A DNA stretch of 64,000 nt from Podarcis vaucheri (lineage: Eukaryota), in NCBI GenBank assembly GCA_965113315.1, contig OZ220366.1, one strand, 5' to 3'. Shown here in pieces: positions 1-12,052 of this stretch; the stretch's first letter is position 1; every line of letters starts with the position of its first letter. The notes beneath the pieces are model-generated. The model did no database searches. It was not told the origin of the DNA and worked only from the letters and a program-made list of their open reading frames with translations. The translations under genes and the position numbers were made by a program.

Positions 1-1104
1 CTAGCCACAGTGACCTGCAGCATCCCTCAAAGCCTCGTTCTTTTTTTACACACATACACAAATCCTTTTCGCAACATGCACACTCCCATCTCTGTAGAAC
101 TCTGTAAACTGAGAGGGGCGACAGATTCCCCACAGAAGCCCCCCTTTTTTGCCAATGCTTCCCTCCTCCCCCAGGAAACGGAAGAATCTTTCTTTTTCAT
201 TTCATAGGTTGAAAAGCTACACTAAGTTACAGAGCTTCTTATACACCCTTTTAAGACCAACGGCTTTAAGGGCAGCAATATTGTAGCTATGCCAGCTGGA
301 TAAACTAAAATGTAGAGGTTAATCAAGATTGCAGCCTCTCTGTCTCTCCCCCTCCCTCCCCAGGCATGGTCTGTTTTGGATAACAAAAATTAGATGAAAA
401 CAATGGATGGCTATGTGAATGATAACAGTTCAGCTAATATTTCAACTTCATATATATCCCTTTCAACCTAAAATGCTCTTTTCTTTTGGCTGATTTTTAT
501 GCAAAAGGAGCTATCATCACCTCCATAAAGAGAGGTGAGAAATGTATGACGCTTTCTGGCACTGTTTTTGGCACATCACCCATGCCAGCATGTTGCCACG
601 CTTCAGAGGCATATGATAAATTGCATATTGTGGATACAGAAGGGATTTTCTGGCCTTTTCGGATTGATTTTGTATGGGAGGGGAAAGCCTACAATAACTG
701 GGGAATGTAAGTGGAGTGACTGTGATGTGGCTAGGACAGGTTGATCTTTAAAAGGAAAACAAAATCTATGATCACTTTCATAAGAAGGAATGTGGGGATG
801 AAAGTAAATGTGATTTTGGCTGCTTGAGTGGCTTAGAGGGGATTGCTTTTCTGCTGATCAGAAGCAGCCCGGCATTCTCAGAAAACAACTTCTAATAGCA
901 AACACGAGATGGCAGCGTTGAAGTACAGCATAATCTCTCATAACTCAGCCTGGAATTTTTGCTTTCTCTTTTTGCTGCTGTTTTAATACGAACAATGGAT
1001 AAATTAGGGACAGGATAAAGAACATGTAATTAGTCTCTCAAGGAGTGGGCTGAGGAAGTGGAGTTTGTAATGTGAATGACTGTGCCAACTCTATTGCCCT
1101 ATCT

Positions 1105-1135
1105 GTATGTATGTATGTATGCCTATCTCTCTATA

Positions 1136-1216
<81 letters not shown>
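1105..1216. repeat. Compound microsatellite (TATG)n + (TG)n(AG)n
   Basis: Directly visible; explains ORF 1123..1338 (LSLS/THTH runs). Confidence 0.95.
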
Positions 1217-1220
<4 letters not shown>

Positions 1221-1923
1221 CAAGAGCAAATAAATAGCAATCTATCACAAAGTTTAATGTGCCCTTATGAGAAGGAGTTGATTTTTGGCAACTCCTAGCA
1301 ACAAAAGATTTTTTTTTGGGGGGGGGGTGAGCTGACATTTAAAATGTTTTTCAAAGTTGCTGAGAATTTGAAGTGATACTTATTGCTCCTATATTCTCTT
1401 TTGCTTTCCCCCCCCCTTTCTTGCCTTTCGTGTTTGTTTTCTCTCCAGCTACTGCTAATGGAAGCCTTTAAAGGATATTCAGAATGCGTTAACAGCTTTT
1501 AAGTCTTCAGAGCGCTTGGGATAAAAAAATGTTTATTGTCCCATTTATATCCATGGCTTAAATCCACATTCTTCAACTTCCCTGCTTTGTGATTGATTGT
1601 GTTCAACTTCGTTCTTTGAGCTGGTGCTAAATTTGCGATTAATTGAGCCTTGCTTAAACTCATAATAATGCTGCGTATAATTTACATGGCCCTTTCCTAG
1701 AGTGCTTAAAACACTTCACATTTTATATCAGTAATCCTTAAAGAATCCCTGTAGGATTGACCAGTATTATTACCATATTACAGTCTGTGGGGGAAGTAAA
1801 GGGGTGATTCAAGAAAGTTGGTTGTGCTTAAGTTTAATTAAGAACAGTGGCCCAAGGTAGTTGCAACTTGTATTCCATTGAAATCACTGAGAAACAAGTG
1901 CAACTAAATTACTTTGGATTAGG

Positions 1924-2079
1924 GTCACATCTACACCATACATTTAAAGCACATGGCCATCCCAAAGAATCCTGGGAACTGTAGTTCACAGACCTACAGT
2001 TTCCAGTACCCTTCAACTACAGTTCCCATGATTCTTTAGGAGGAAGCCATGGGCTTTAAATATATGGTGTGGATTTGAC
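1924..2079. mobile_element. Palindromic MITE (non-autonomous DNA transposon)
   Basis: Long imperfect terminal inverted repeats (TIRs) gtcacatctacaccatacatttaaagcacatggc ... gccatgggctttaaatatatggtgtggatttgac, plus an inner inverted repeat gggaactgtagtt/aactacagttccc. A degenerate relative lies at ~7918-8085. Confidence 0.75.
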
Positions 2080-3028
2080 TCAGGATACAGATATGTTTTC
2101 TTCCGCCTCCTTCCATCTCCCTGTCCTTTCTAGCACTTCTCCCTAAAAGTAGTTTAGTGCCATTGGCACAAATCAGCCAAATGTAAGAGTATGGCCTATA
2201 TTACGTGATGTCTTTTCCCAGTTTGTTGGCAGGTTACTGCTACGAAATTTTTGTTCAATACAACTCTTCAACAAATTGAAACTTTCAAATACACTGTATA
2301 ACCGTTTGTTGATGGTTTATCATTTGGCTAAGTTCTGATACACAGAAGCCAGTTTGACCTTCTCCCTCATATTCTACAGCACAATTTAAATAGTAGTATG
2401 TAATACCATTCCCAATAACAGCAGTGTATGAGGATATGTAATATTCCTGCATCAGGAGTGTATGTGGATAGTCTGCCCATTGAGCCCTAGAATGCTATAC
2501 TGCTTAAGCAAGCTGGTGCCCTCAAAATAGGTACATTGTAAGATGGCGAAATGAAAAGGCGAGTTTCTAGTGAAAAGCAATATTGGGTGTGAGTTTTGGA
2601 AAGAGATGCACCATAATCGATGTTTAACAACTCTAATTGCAAACACAAATGAGGACTTTTTATGAGCATGTGACTTCATTTTTTAGTATGCATATCTAGT
2701 TATAGCAGTTGCACAGTCAGCATCACAGGTATAACACGATGCTGCTAATAATAAAAAGAACCCCAAAATGCTATTCTAATAGAAAATTTAATGATACAAA
2801 ATTAAGACTTTAAAAGTATTTTCTCAAATAACACACTAATGGTTTCTGTAATATAATTAAATCGGATTTTATATTCCTTAGTTGCGTGTTAAGAAGTGTA
2901 TGACTTGCTGCTGATAAGCTAGGCAATGTCCAGTCCACAGAAAGTGTGGCTCTTGCTATAAGGCTTTCTCATTTGAAATGCATACGTTGAATCAATCCAA
3001 CTCAACATTTCCTGTTCCTTGCACACAG

Positions 3029-3290
3029 GTCTGCAATTAAAGCCTTGCGTCCTGGAGGATCTCTGGTTTATTCCACATGCACTCTTTCTAAGGCGGAGAA
3101 TAGTGATGTCGTAACACACATCCTCGACTCCTGCAGCAATGTTTGTCCAGTGGATATGAGCGCCCTGGCCAGTTCTGCATCCCAGGAATTCACTCTCGCT
3201 TCTGGTGTCCAGCAGCATGAACTTCTAGTACTTCCAGAAAGGGGGAAAGCTTGGGGACCAATGTATGTAGCTAAATTAAAGAAAATGTGA
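3029..3290 (+). CDS. NSUN3: Terminal coding exon of NSUN3 (NOP2/Sun RNA m5C methyltransferase 3, mitochondrial tRNA-Met C34)
   Basis: Acceptor 'tttcctgttccttgcacacAG' ends at 3028. The exon reads (R)SAIKALRPGGSLVYSTCTLSKAENSDVVTHIL...LLVLPERGKAWGPMYVAKLKKM* (TGA 3288-3290). It contains Nol1/Nop2/Sun motif VI (LRPGG-x-LVYSTCT) and the GKAWGPMYVAKLKK C-terminus typical of NSUN3. No upstream exon is recognisable in 1-3028. Confidence 0.93.
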
Positions 3291-5062
3291 TTGATATTCT
3301 TCTTGTGGTTGCAGTTCTTTTAGGTCATAATGACCAATCCTTTTTTTCGGGGCAACAGCTTTTTGAAGTGAAAACCTGAACAGGAGATTGAAATCCAATC
3401 TCTTCTATTTGCTGGCAGCATCCCCCTCCATTTTTCTATTTCGTTACCCAATTGGAAGATTGGGGGAGGAGCAGGGGGATGCCCAATGGGACATGCAGAG
3501 ATGTGTTTTCAGTAATTGCCCCAATTCCGAATCTGAATTTTAAGCATGTTGAAAAACACCCAGTTCACTAGTCTGTGGGCCATGTGTGTGCACTTGCTTG
3601 TAGCTTGTAACGGAATTGTCAGAATTTGAGCACTCATTTTAAATCCAGTTAAAATGTATTTGCATGTAGAAACTTATTTGAACACAGGATGACACTAAGA
3701 GCAAGCAGTTTAAAAAGATGGAAGCAATTGTTTCATGTATTCACAGCACCTCACTACACAAAACGGGAACATTTCAGGAACAAACCCCTGCTACGAATTC
3801 TATTTTTCTATGAGAACAGCAATGGAGACTTTGTATTAGAATCATAGAATTGTAGAGCTGGATATTCAGGTGGCATCTTCTAGTTCTGCGCACACATTGA
3901 GCAGTGGACAGCAAGTTAACACCTAGATCGCACTAATCTATACTGCAGTGTCGCCCGCACCCTGCAAATAGTGACAACTGGAATCCCTTTTGCCCAAGAT
4001 CCTTCTGCTCAACTACAGAGCTCAAATTTGGTTTGCCAAAATAGTCTTGTTTTGGAATTGCTTCACCAACCTTCCATTTCCAAGGATGTTCAGTGAATCC
4101 TAAACAGCCGCCATCAACCTCATTTAACCGAGAAAAGTTGCTGAGCAGGCATCTCTTTAGCTAGCTCTAGAAACATTAACTTTCGACTGCTTATTAGCAA
4201 GTAAGTATGTTAAATAGAAAGTTCAGCCACTGGATAGCATTTCTTTTGCACGCAAAGAAGTAACTTGGGTTTTGTGATTTTCAGATGCCATGTTGCTGGA
4301 ACAGTTTTCAGGACAATGAGAGACTGATTTAAAGTTATTAACGTTTTATTTTCCACTATCGCACCAGATTATGCATATCATTGTGCACTTTTAAAAAGTC
4401 AGCGTCTGGTTTATATGGAGAATTCATCCCTTTATGGTGAAGCTGTGTCATGTGCCAACAAAATCAGTTTTATTATGAAGTAACTTGTTCCCTTAGAGGA
4501 TTGTTTTCTGCCTCCCTTGGAGGTTGTAGATGACACATGGAGACCAGCTTATTGTTACTGCTTTTACCTCTGTCAGAATATGCAATGAAAGAGTTGATTG
4601 TGTTGAAAGGCCTCTAAAACAGCAGATTGTCAAGCAAATGTGGTGCTTTGGCATGGAGTTTGGAGACATAAATGCATCTTATCTGGCAGCTGCAAAACAA
4701 ATACTTGAAATGAAACTAGGATGACAAATGGCAGTAGCCGCCACACAGTGTTACAAGAGCATTTCTACGCAAATTCAGCCATAATTACTGGTACAAACAA
4801 TCCTGAACAAATGGCTTGTCTAAAGCAATGTTAGTTCTATTCTGAATGCAAGAGAGGATGAAGAAATGGCACTCTCAAGCAAATGTCCAGTCATAATTTA
4901 TGAATTATTGCAAAACAATACTAATATTTATTTCTTCAGTATTGATCACCCGCTCATCACTGAATATTTCAATTTTAAAGCAGGGAATGATGAAATAAAA
5001 TAATAGCAGCATGCCGAAAATAATATACAAATATTACAGAATCCATAGAAACAATCAATAAA
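3291..5062 (+). other. Probable NSUN3 3' UTR, with candidate polyadenylation signals AATAAA at 4994-4999 and 5057-5062
   Basis: These are the first canonical AATAAA hexamers I saw after the stop codon. The UTR end is not verifiable from sequence alone. Confidence 0.35.
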
Positions 5063-5736
5063 TTAATTAACAGCTCCATCATAAAACAAAACTGAACTGA
5101 TGTTAAGGCAACAATTAGCATTTCCAATTTAACCAAGTATCTGGGTATAGAAAATAGGATATTCAAAGTGAAACAACCAAACGGCCTTAGCAGTTGTTCC
5201 CATCCCATCTCTCAACTGGAGCAACCCACTCCCCTTATTTTTCACATAAAGAAGGCTGCACTCTGTGCCAACAGATTTTCACTCTAGAGCTTATGAGCAG
5301 CTTCCCACCAATCACTCTCAGTATCCAATCCAGCTAGGGTTTCACTCCTAGTGACATCAACCCTTGCCTCAATTCTCCCCAGCAAAAACCCACCTTTTTC
5401 TACAATAGCAATAGAGAAAAATACACAAGAGAAATAGAGTTGAGATACCCAAGTGATGACACCAAAGGGGCACAACCCCTGGACTGTAACTTCCATTATT
5501 GGCCATGGTGGCTGGGGCTGAGGAGTTGGGAGTCCAACCGCATCTGGAGGGTCACAGCTTTCCTGTCCCTGATACACTATGCTGTACTAGATGGACCAAT
5601 ACTTCAATAGACCAAGGCCACTTCCAATGGACCTGTGCTCCCAGGCCCTTAGGATTTCCCACAAGGACAGCCTAAGACTCATATGCAGAATGGCTCTCCT
5701 AAAACCTAAGAAGAGTCTGCTGGATTAGGTGAGTGA

Positions 5737-6895
5737 TGTTAGAATTCCTGCTCCATGATTGCAGTCATGGGATTTTTGTCCATCACATGACGGTGCATGT
5801 TTTGACTCCACAGAGTGGGAAGTGATGGAGACAAGATGTTTGTGTTACTGTGTTCCGTGAAGTGGGACTATTGATGACACCCAACTCTATCTGTTGATGG
5901 ATGGCCATCCTGACTCGGCCCCAGACACACTGACCAGATGTCTGGAAGCTGTGGCTGGATGGTTACGTGGGAGCCGGTTGAAGTTAAATCCTTCGAAGAC
6001 AGAGGTCCTCTGGCTGGGTCGGGACGATATGGGATCGAGGGGGCAACTCCCATCTCTTGCGGGGGTGCAATTAGTGCCAGCACCGTCCGTTAAAAGTTTG
6101 GGTGTAATCTTCGATACCTCCCTCTCTATGGAGGCGCAGATTACAGCTGTAACAAAGGCGGCATTTTTCCATCTCCGCCAAGCTAAGCAGTTGGCCCCTT
6201 ATCTCTCTCGCCCTGACCTAGCCACTGTGATCCATGCGACGGTCACCTCCAGACTGGATTATTGTAACTCGCTCTACGTGGGGCTGCCCTTGAGACTGAC
6301 CCAGAAACTCCAGCGGGTGCAGAATGCCGCGGCGAGACTCCTTACAGGGTCTTCGCTGCGAGATCACATTCTTCCGGTGCTGTACCAGCTGCACTGGCTC
6401 CCGGTGGAGTACAGGATCAGGTTTAAGGTGCTGGTTTTAACCTTTAAAGCCCTATACGGCTTAGGACCCTCGTACCTACGGGACCGCCTCTCCTGGTATG
6501 CCCCACAGAGAAACCTACGGTCTGCAAATAATAACATCCTCAAGGTCCCAGGCCTCAGAGAGGTTAGGCTGGCCTCAACTAGAGCCAGGGCCTTCTCGGC
6601 TGCGGCTCCAACCTGGTGGAATGCTCTGTCACAAGAGACTAGGGCCCTGCGGGACCTGACATCTTTCCGCAGGGCCTGCAAGACAGAGTTGTTCCGCCAG
6701 GCCTTTGGTCAGGGCGCAGCCTGACTCCCCCCTCTGGCAACCGCACAAAATCTTGCTTAATCGGTTGCCATCAATTTGATTTTAACTAATTTTATAATGA
6801 AATATTTTTAGAATGTATGATTATTTGATTGTTTATTTGATTGTTGTTAGCCGCCCTGAGCCCGGCTCAGCTGGGGAGGGCGGGATATAAATAAA

Positions 6896-6950
<55 letters not shown>

Positions 6951-7251
6951 TTTCTCTCTTTGCTGTCTGATGCTAGAGAGAGAGAGGGAGCCATGTTGCA
7001 GTGCTCCTTGTGTGTTTATATCTAAATAAAGTAGATTAGCCAAAATGCTGAGTTGCTGAGGTCTGTTATGCAAGCTGCGAAGACTCTGCGGATCCCTAAG
7101 TGTGCCGATGTCTGTTGGCATTGGTCGCTGTGATGTTCGGGCAGAAAAAGCTTTTGAAGCTCCTGAACGAAAGACCAGGAGGTAGAGAACATGCCAGTCT
7201 GGCATGTGTCTCTGCCAGGGTCCTACTTGAGAGTAGGACGAGCTCCTGACA
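5737..7251 (+). mobile_element. Solo LTR (TG...CA, 5-bp TSD) interrupted by an L2
   Basis: Starts TGTTAG and ends CTGACA; AATAAA near 7025; flanks agtga/agcgg are each one change from the host AGTGG. About 435 bp once the L2 is removed. Confidence 0.65.
5872..6950 (+). mobile_element. Young 5'-truncated L2-clade LINE (RT C-terminal part, 3' UTR, (TTA)n tail)
   Basis: Open frame 5873-6724: DDTQLYL...WLRGSRLKLNPSKTEVL...SLGVIFD...SRLDYCNSLYVGLP...LQRVQNAAARLL...LHWLPVEYRIRFKVLVLTFKALYGLGPSYL, all classic L2/CR1-group ORF2 motifs. CpG-rich, no frameshift, tail at ~6898-6950. Confidence 0.93.
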
Positions 7252-9149
7252 AGCGGCTCAACTAGTCAAGCATCGTGTTCTCACAGTAGTCAACTAGATG
7301 CCCTATGGGAGACCCGCAAACTGGATCTGAGCAAAACAGCATTCTTCCCTCCTATGCTTTCCAACAGAAAGCATACTCCAACTATGGAGACAGAACATAT
7401 CCATGAAGGTTAGTAGTCACTGATGGATATGTTCTACCTCCGCAGTTTACTAAAACTGTTTACAGGAATTCACGCCACCATAAATGGTTATGTGTCTCCT
7501 TTAGCATCATACTGGTCGTATTTACTTAGTAAGGTCAGTGAGACCTGCTCTTAAGTAACTGCACAGCCTCACAGCCTTTGTTGTTTAAGACTGAGAAGTC
7601 TTCTATGCAGGGTGCCAATAGATTGGGCTAGCCTCCAAGGCTACAGCATTTAGTAACAGCATGTTTAAAAGCTCCCTCAGCCCACGTAACAGTGAAGCAA
7701 TTAAAAGGCACCACCAAGCTATAACATAATTTTTAAAAACCCAGCAATTCATGAAGCCAGTGTGTTCACATAAAACTGCCAAAAATAATAATAAAAATAT
7801 GCAGATCAAAGTTTGTACAGACCACAGAGGCACTTTAAACACACAATCCTCCTTCCGCCCCAACCTAACCCTTAAAAGCTCTCAGAATGGATTTTACTGC
7901 ATCTCGTACATATATTTAGGTGTCAACATGCATTTATCAGCCTAATGATGGCTTCCCCCACAAGAATCCTGTGAACTGTACTTACAGGTGATGGGAATTG
8001 TTGCTCTGTGGAAACCAGAGTTCCCAGGATTCTTTGAGGGAATGACCTATGAATGTGTTTTCTATGTACGGTATGGTTGTGACCACAGGCCATATTAAAA
8101 TCAGTTCTCCACCACAGTTCTACCCATCCTTATTTGAAAAACAAATAACATTGATTTCAGTGGGGTTGAGCTTGCAGATCTGTAATGAAGCCCAGCTTTT
8201 CAAACATTCTTCCACTGTATTTTGGATTATGCTGCTTCAAGTTATTTTCAGCTGTGTGTTTGATTTGCGTGCTGAATAAAATATATTCTTGCTTTTCTGC
8301 TACACTTTCTACATGGTAAATGAAACTGATGGAAAGTGTTGCAGCAGGGATATTGTGATTCACCCAACTGAATTTATATCTTGAAATGATTCCAAATTCT
8401 GGCATTACATGTAATATTCTGGGGATTACTGCTGTTAGGTGTTTTCAGATTGTCATCTGAATGTATTAGGAACTGTGTTTCTTCGTGTGATTATTCTTCA
8501 GGTTTCAAGGGCAATTTTATAACCTTTATGACTCTGATGATCAGCTTGTACACAGGGCACTGCCTTGAGCAAAGTCAAACCAGCTCACAGCAAGGTCCAG
8601 TGTTTGTTTTCCAATCGTACCTGGACATGAAAGGAATTGTTCTTAAAAACTAGGGAACAAACAAAACTTCCAGCAACTGGCAAGCCCATCACCCAAAAAA
8701 AACCCCCTACAAAAAACCCAACCATGATTGGGTCAGGCGAAGATCTAGTGAGTTGGCATCCTATTCAGATCTGGGAACAGCTTCCAGTTCCCAGTCTAAA
8801 GTGATCCTGTCAGGGTGCCTGCAAAGTGATTGATATGGTTAATACAAACTAGAGATTTCTGCTGAGCTGCCAGGCTGCACTCTTAGCCTTGCCTTTGAGG
8901 ACGAGAAGCCTGAGACAGCAACAACAAAAGCATCACAGGGAATGCCAGGCAGCTATTTTTGCCAGGGTAACTGGAAGGACTCAAATGGAAGAAAGACAAG
9001 ACATGCATTTGCTATACCTTTTGTGTGTTATCACACAAGTGTTTTTTTTAATTAAAAAAAGGCCTCTTTCTCTCAAATTTAATAAGCACATTTCTGGGAT
9101 TACATAATTAGAATTAGAATTGGCTTTTTCTGTGTCAAACACTGCATTT

Positions 9150-9184
<35 letters not shown>
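9150..9184. repeat. (AG)n microsatellite
   Basis: Directly visible. Confidence 0.95.
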
Positions 9185-9188
<4 letters not shown>

Positions 9189-10499
9189 CTGGAGTCCAGC
9201 AATGCAATGTCTGGAAATCTCCTAGGATATGCAGAAATGTATGGTAACAAATCATTGAGATGTGTTGCTTAGAACAGCAGTGCCCAGATACGGCTGAGAA
9301 AAACTCCCATCCGAAAGCCTAACAAGTCACTCTTCCTATGTTCCTATGAAGTGTTTTAAGAAAAAATACAATGGGTGCTCTCCTAAATGATTTGCAGCCT
9401 GTTCCTCTCTCCCATTTCCCCCACTATTTCTTTAGACAGATTTTTTGTGTGCGTGCATAGTAAAAGTAGAAGAAGATGGGCAATGACAACTAATGTACAG
9501 TTAATTCATTGTTTCAGCTGCCTTGCCTAGATTTGCCCAGACCAGAAATAAAGAAGATGGATATTGTACAACTGGGGGCAATCTGGACACTGGAATTTTA
9601 GTATGGAAGGAGAGGAAGCAAAAAATGACAACAGTAGCAGGAGCAACACCCATCAGGCAGCAAAAGGACCATGATTTAAGCAAGGAGGTTGTATTTAAGT
9701 TGGGAGTTAGGGCTAGATTGATAGCATTATGTCAGTAGCAAAAAGAGAAGGCCTGGAACAGTAGTTAATGGTTGTTTGGGTCTATGTTTAGCCACATTAT
9801 TTATAAGTGTGCACAATGTTGGGATGCAAATGGTGTTTCCATATGCCATCTCTATATTTCCTTTAGACTTGCTTACATCTTTTAATTGCATACACAAATG
9901 AGCAATTTATTCTCAATCACTCCTCAATTCCTATTTCCAGACAATGTGATCTCAAAGAATGGGTGTACCATTTGACTAAAGGTGTATTGAGACACTTGTG
10001 TCCTCTACAGTCCTAGAACAATACAAAATGTATTCTAGGAAAATACCAATAATTCATGTCCTTGGTGCCAACTCATCACTCCCATTCATATTTTTTTACC
10101 CTGAAGCAGTTAACAATTTAAAACACCGTAAAAATACGATTAGCAATAAAATAACTATAGAATACAATAAGCACTACAACATATGAATAAAGCAAGGTAA
10201 GAACCATCTCAGCTGCATGGAAACCAATACAAAAGTAGCTACACAGCAACGTTAAATCTATTTCCCCAAAGCCCTTTCCCCTGAGTAATTGCCTCTGAGT
10301 TACTGTGACGTTATTGAATTTGTATTAGTTGTTTTGATGAATTTGTTGCTGTTGTTTGCTTTATTTACATATTATTGTTTTTGATATGACAATAATCATG
10401 CTGTTTGGTGTGTGTGTGTGTTTTTTATAATGCTATTGTGATTGTTGTGAACTGCATTGAGCTCAATGTTGTTGGAAAAGCAGAATACAAATATCAAAT

Positions 10500-10541
10500 C
10501 AAATTTGTCTAATCCTCTTTTAAAGCCACTCAAGTTGGCAT
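10500..10541 (-). mobile_element. Short CR1 remnant (ORF2 end, ...GFKRGLDKF)
   Basis: aatttgtctaatcctcttttaaagcc matches the CR1 end at ~63143; minus-strand ORF 10396..10662 contains LSGFKRGLDKF. Confidence 0.55.
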
Positions 10542-11514
10542 CGTGTAGGAAACTTGACAAAGTATTACTGACCATGAATCCAGCCTTGCTGCCTAGCCTC
10601 CCACAATTGTGTGTGCTGCAGGAATTTACAAGGTTCTGACAGCGTCCCACTGTTAAATACAAATGAAGGTAAATGTGGAAGTTATTTACCTATTCAGTAA
10701 TCAGGTTGTCAAACTGAAACGGCAAGCATGGGGACTACATGTGAGCTCCTCTCATCTTTGAAGCGGTGCCGTGTCTCCCATACACAATTTTGACTGAGGG
10801 AAATTTTGCATAAACCGTTTCTTAACAGCAAAGAGACATCTGTCAAAAAGGACTTTCATCAGCTAGTCTTTCAGCCTTCCCAGAATGCCTGTTGAGCCCT
10901 TGAGGGGGTGTAGTGGGCTTGGCTATATATATATATATATATATAATATTTCTGATTCCCCCACCCCTTACAGTTTACAGAACCACATGCAGTGTGTGGC
11001 AGGCATCCCACAGCTCACAGGGCCCTATTTAAAATGCATTGTAGGTAGTAACTAAAATAAAATGACTTCCTTCTTCAGCAAAAATGTCATAACTCTCTTT
11101 CATGGCTGAGTGGCTGTGAAACCATTCTCAAGGGGAGGGGCTGGTGTCAAATTATAAAACCGAGCTTGGTATAGCTTTCATTATTTATGTGCATGTGCAC
11201 TGAATTTTTCTAGTTTTTGCTCAGATTTACAGCCTTCCCCCTAACATGCAACAAAGAGATACCTCCCACTCCCCCACAATTATACACTTATTTTATCAAA
11301 AAAAATATTCAATTTGGATTATGTATTATTAATATTTAATAGCCCTTAAATATTTCATATTACAGTCTGAACACCTGTGTGATTCACGGCCAGTGGTTCA
11401 GCAATCATTTAATAACTCTGGGATGGAACTCAAGACCACAAGTGTTTAAAAACTGTCCATTATAGCTGTTTCATCCACAATTTCTTGGCCTCTGACTCCA
11501 GTAGGAGGTCCTCT

Positions 11515-11543
<29 letters not shown>
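11515..11543. repeat. (TG)n microsatellite
   Basis: Directly visible. Confidence 0.95.
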
Positions 11544-11546
<3 letters not shown>

Positions 11547-12052
11547 AATTGTGTTTTGTATGAGAATTGTTATTGTTTTATGCAAATTTTTAACAGTATT
11601 CATGTTTTTAAACGTAAGTCACTTGGAGACCTTGAGAAAATCCAACTAATAAATCTAAATCTTAACAGAAAATAAAGGAATAAATAACACGAAGAACTGG
11701 ACAGCTTGAAATATTGCAATTGGGGTAAGGATAAACATGGGATGTGCTAGGTCCAATGCTGCAAACAGGGAGAGCTGCTACAGTGAGGGCCTCCAAATAG
11801 GAATAATGTTAAAGTCTAGAGTGACCCCAGATAAGACTAGCAGTTCATGCTTAGTATGAGTTGGCCTCCTAATGAAGGGATGGGGAACCTTAGGCCCAGG
11901 TGCTGAATGTGTCCCTCCATGCCTTTCTATCTGGCTCCCATAACTGTCTCTAGGCCACTCCTTGCCAGGTCACACTCCTGACTCACCCTGCTTCACACCC
12001 TGCAAATTTTTGACCAGCTGTTTGTGTCCTTGAATTATGATAACGTCTCTTG

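Larger units (their letters stand above)
5706..7460 (-). mobile_element. CR1 LINE 3'-UTR fragment split by a solo LTR (host pieces ~5706-5736 and 7252-~7460)
   Basis: 'taagaagagtctgctggattaggtgagtga' joined to 'agcggctcaactagtcaagcatcgtgttctcacagtagtcaactagatgcc' rebuilds the motif seen intact at 24792-24880 and at the 3' end of the CR1 at ~62920. Confidence 0.65.

Noticed and set aside
3045-3290. ORF track start at 3045 as a stand-alone gene
   Set aside because: The start is a TTG (Leu) inside an exon; the frame continues upstream to the splice acceptor at 3028.
6364-6681. Antisense ORFs over LINEs (also 20530-20919, 37225-37497, 58014-58526, 58545-58931)
   Set aside because: These are opposite-strand shadows of L2 and BovB coding sequence.
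6867-7205. Poly-Asn, poly-Tyr and poly-Leu ORFs (also 14711, 23653, 36917, 36964)
   Set aside because: They are produced by (TAA/TTA/TTG)n microsatellites and retroelement tails.
7141-7251. Hammerhead ribozyme in the LTR hairpins
   Set aside because: No CUGANGA core correctly placed relative to GAAA and flanking stems.
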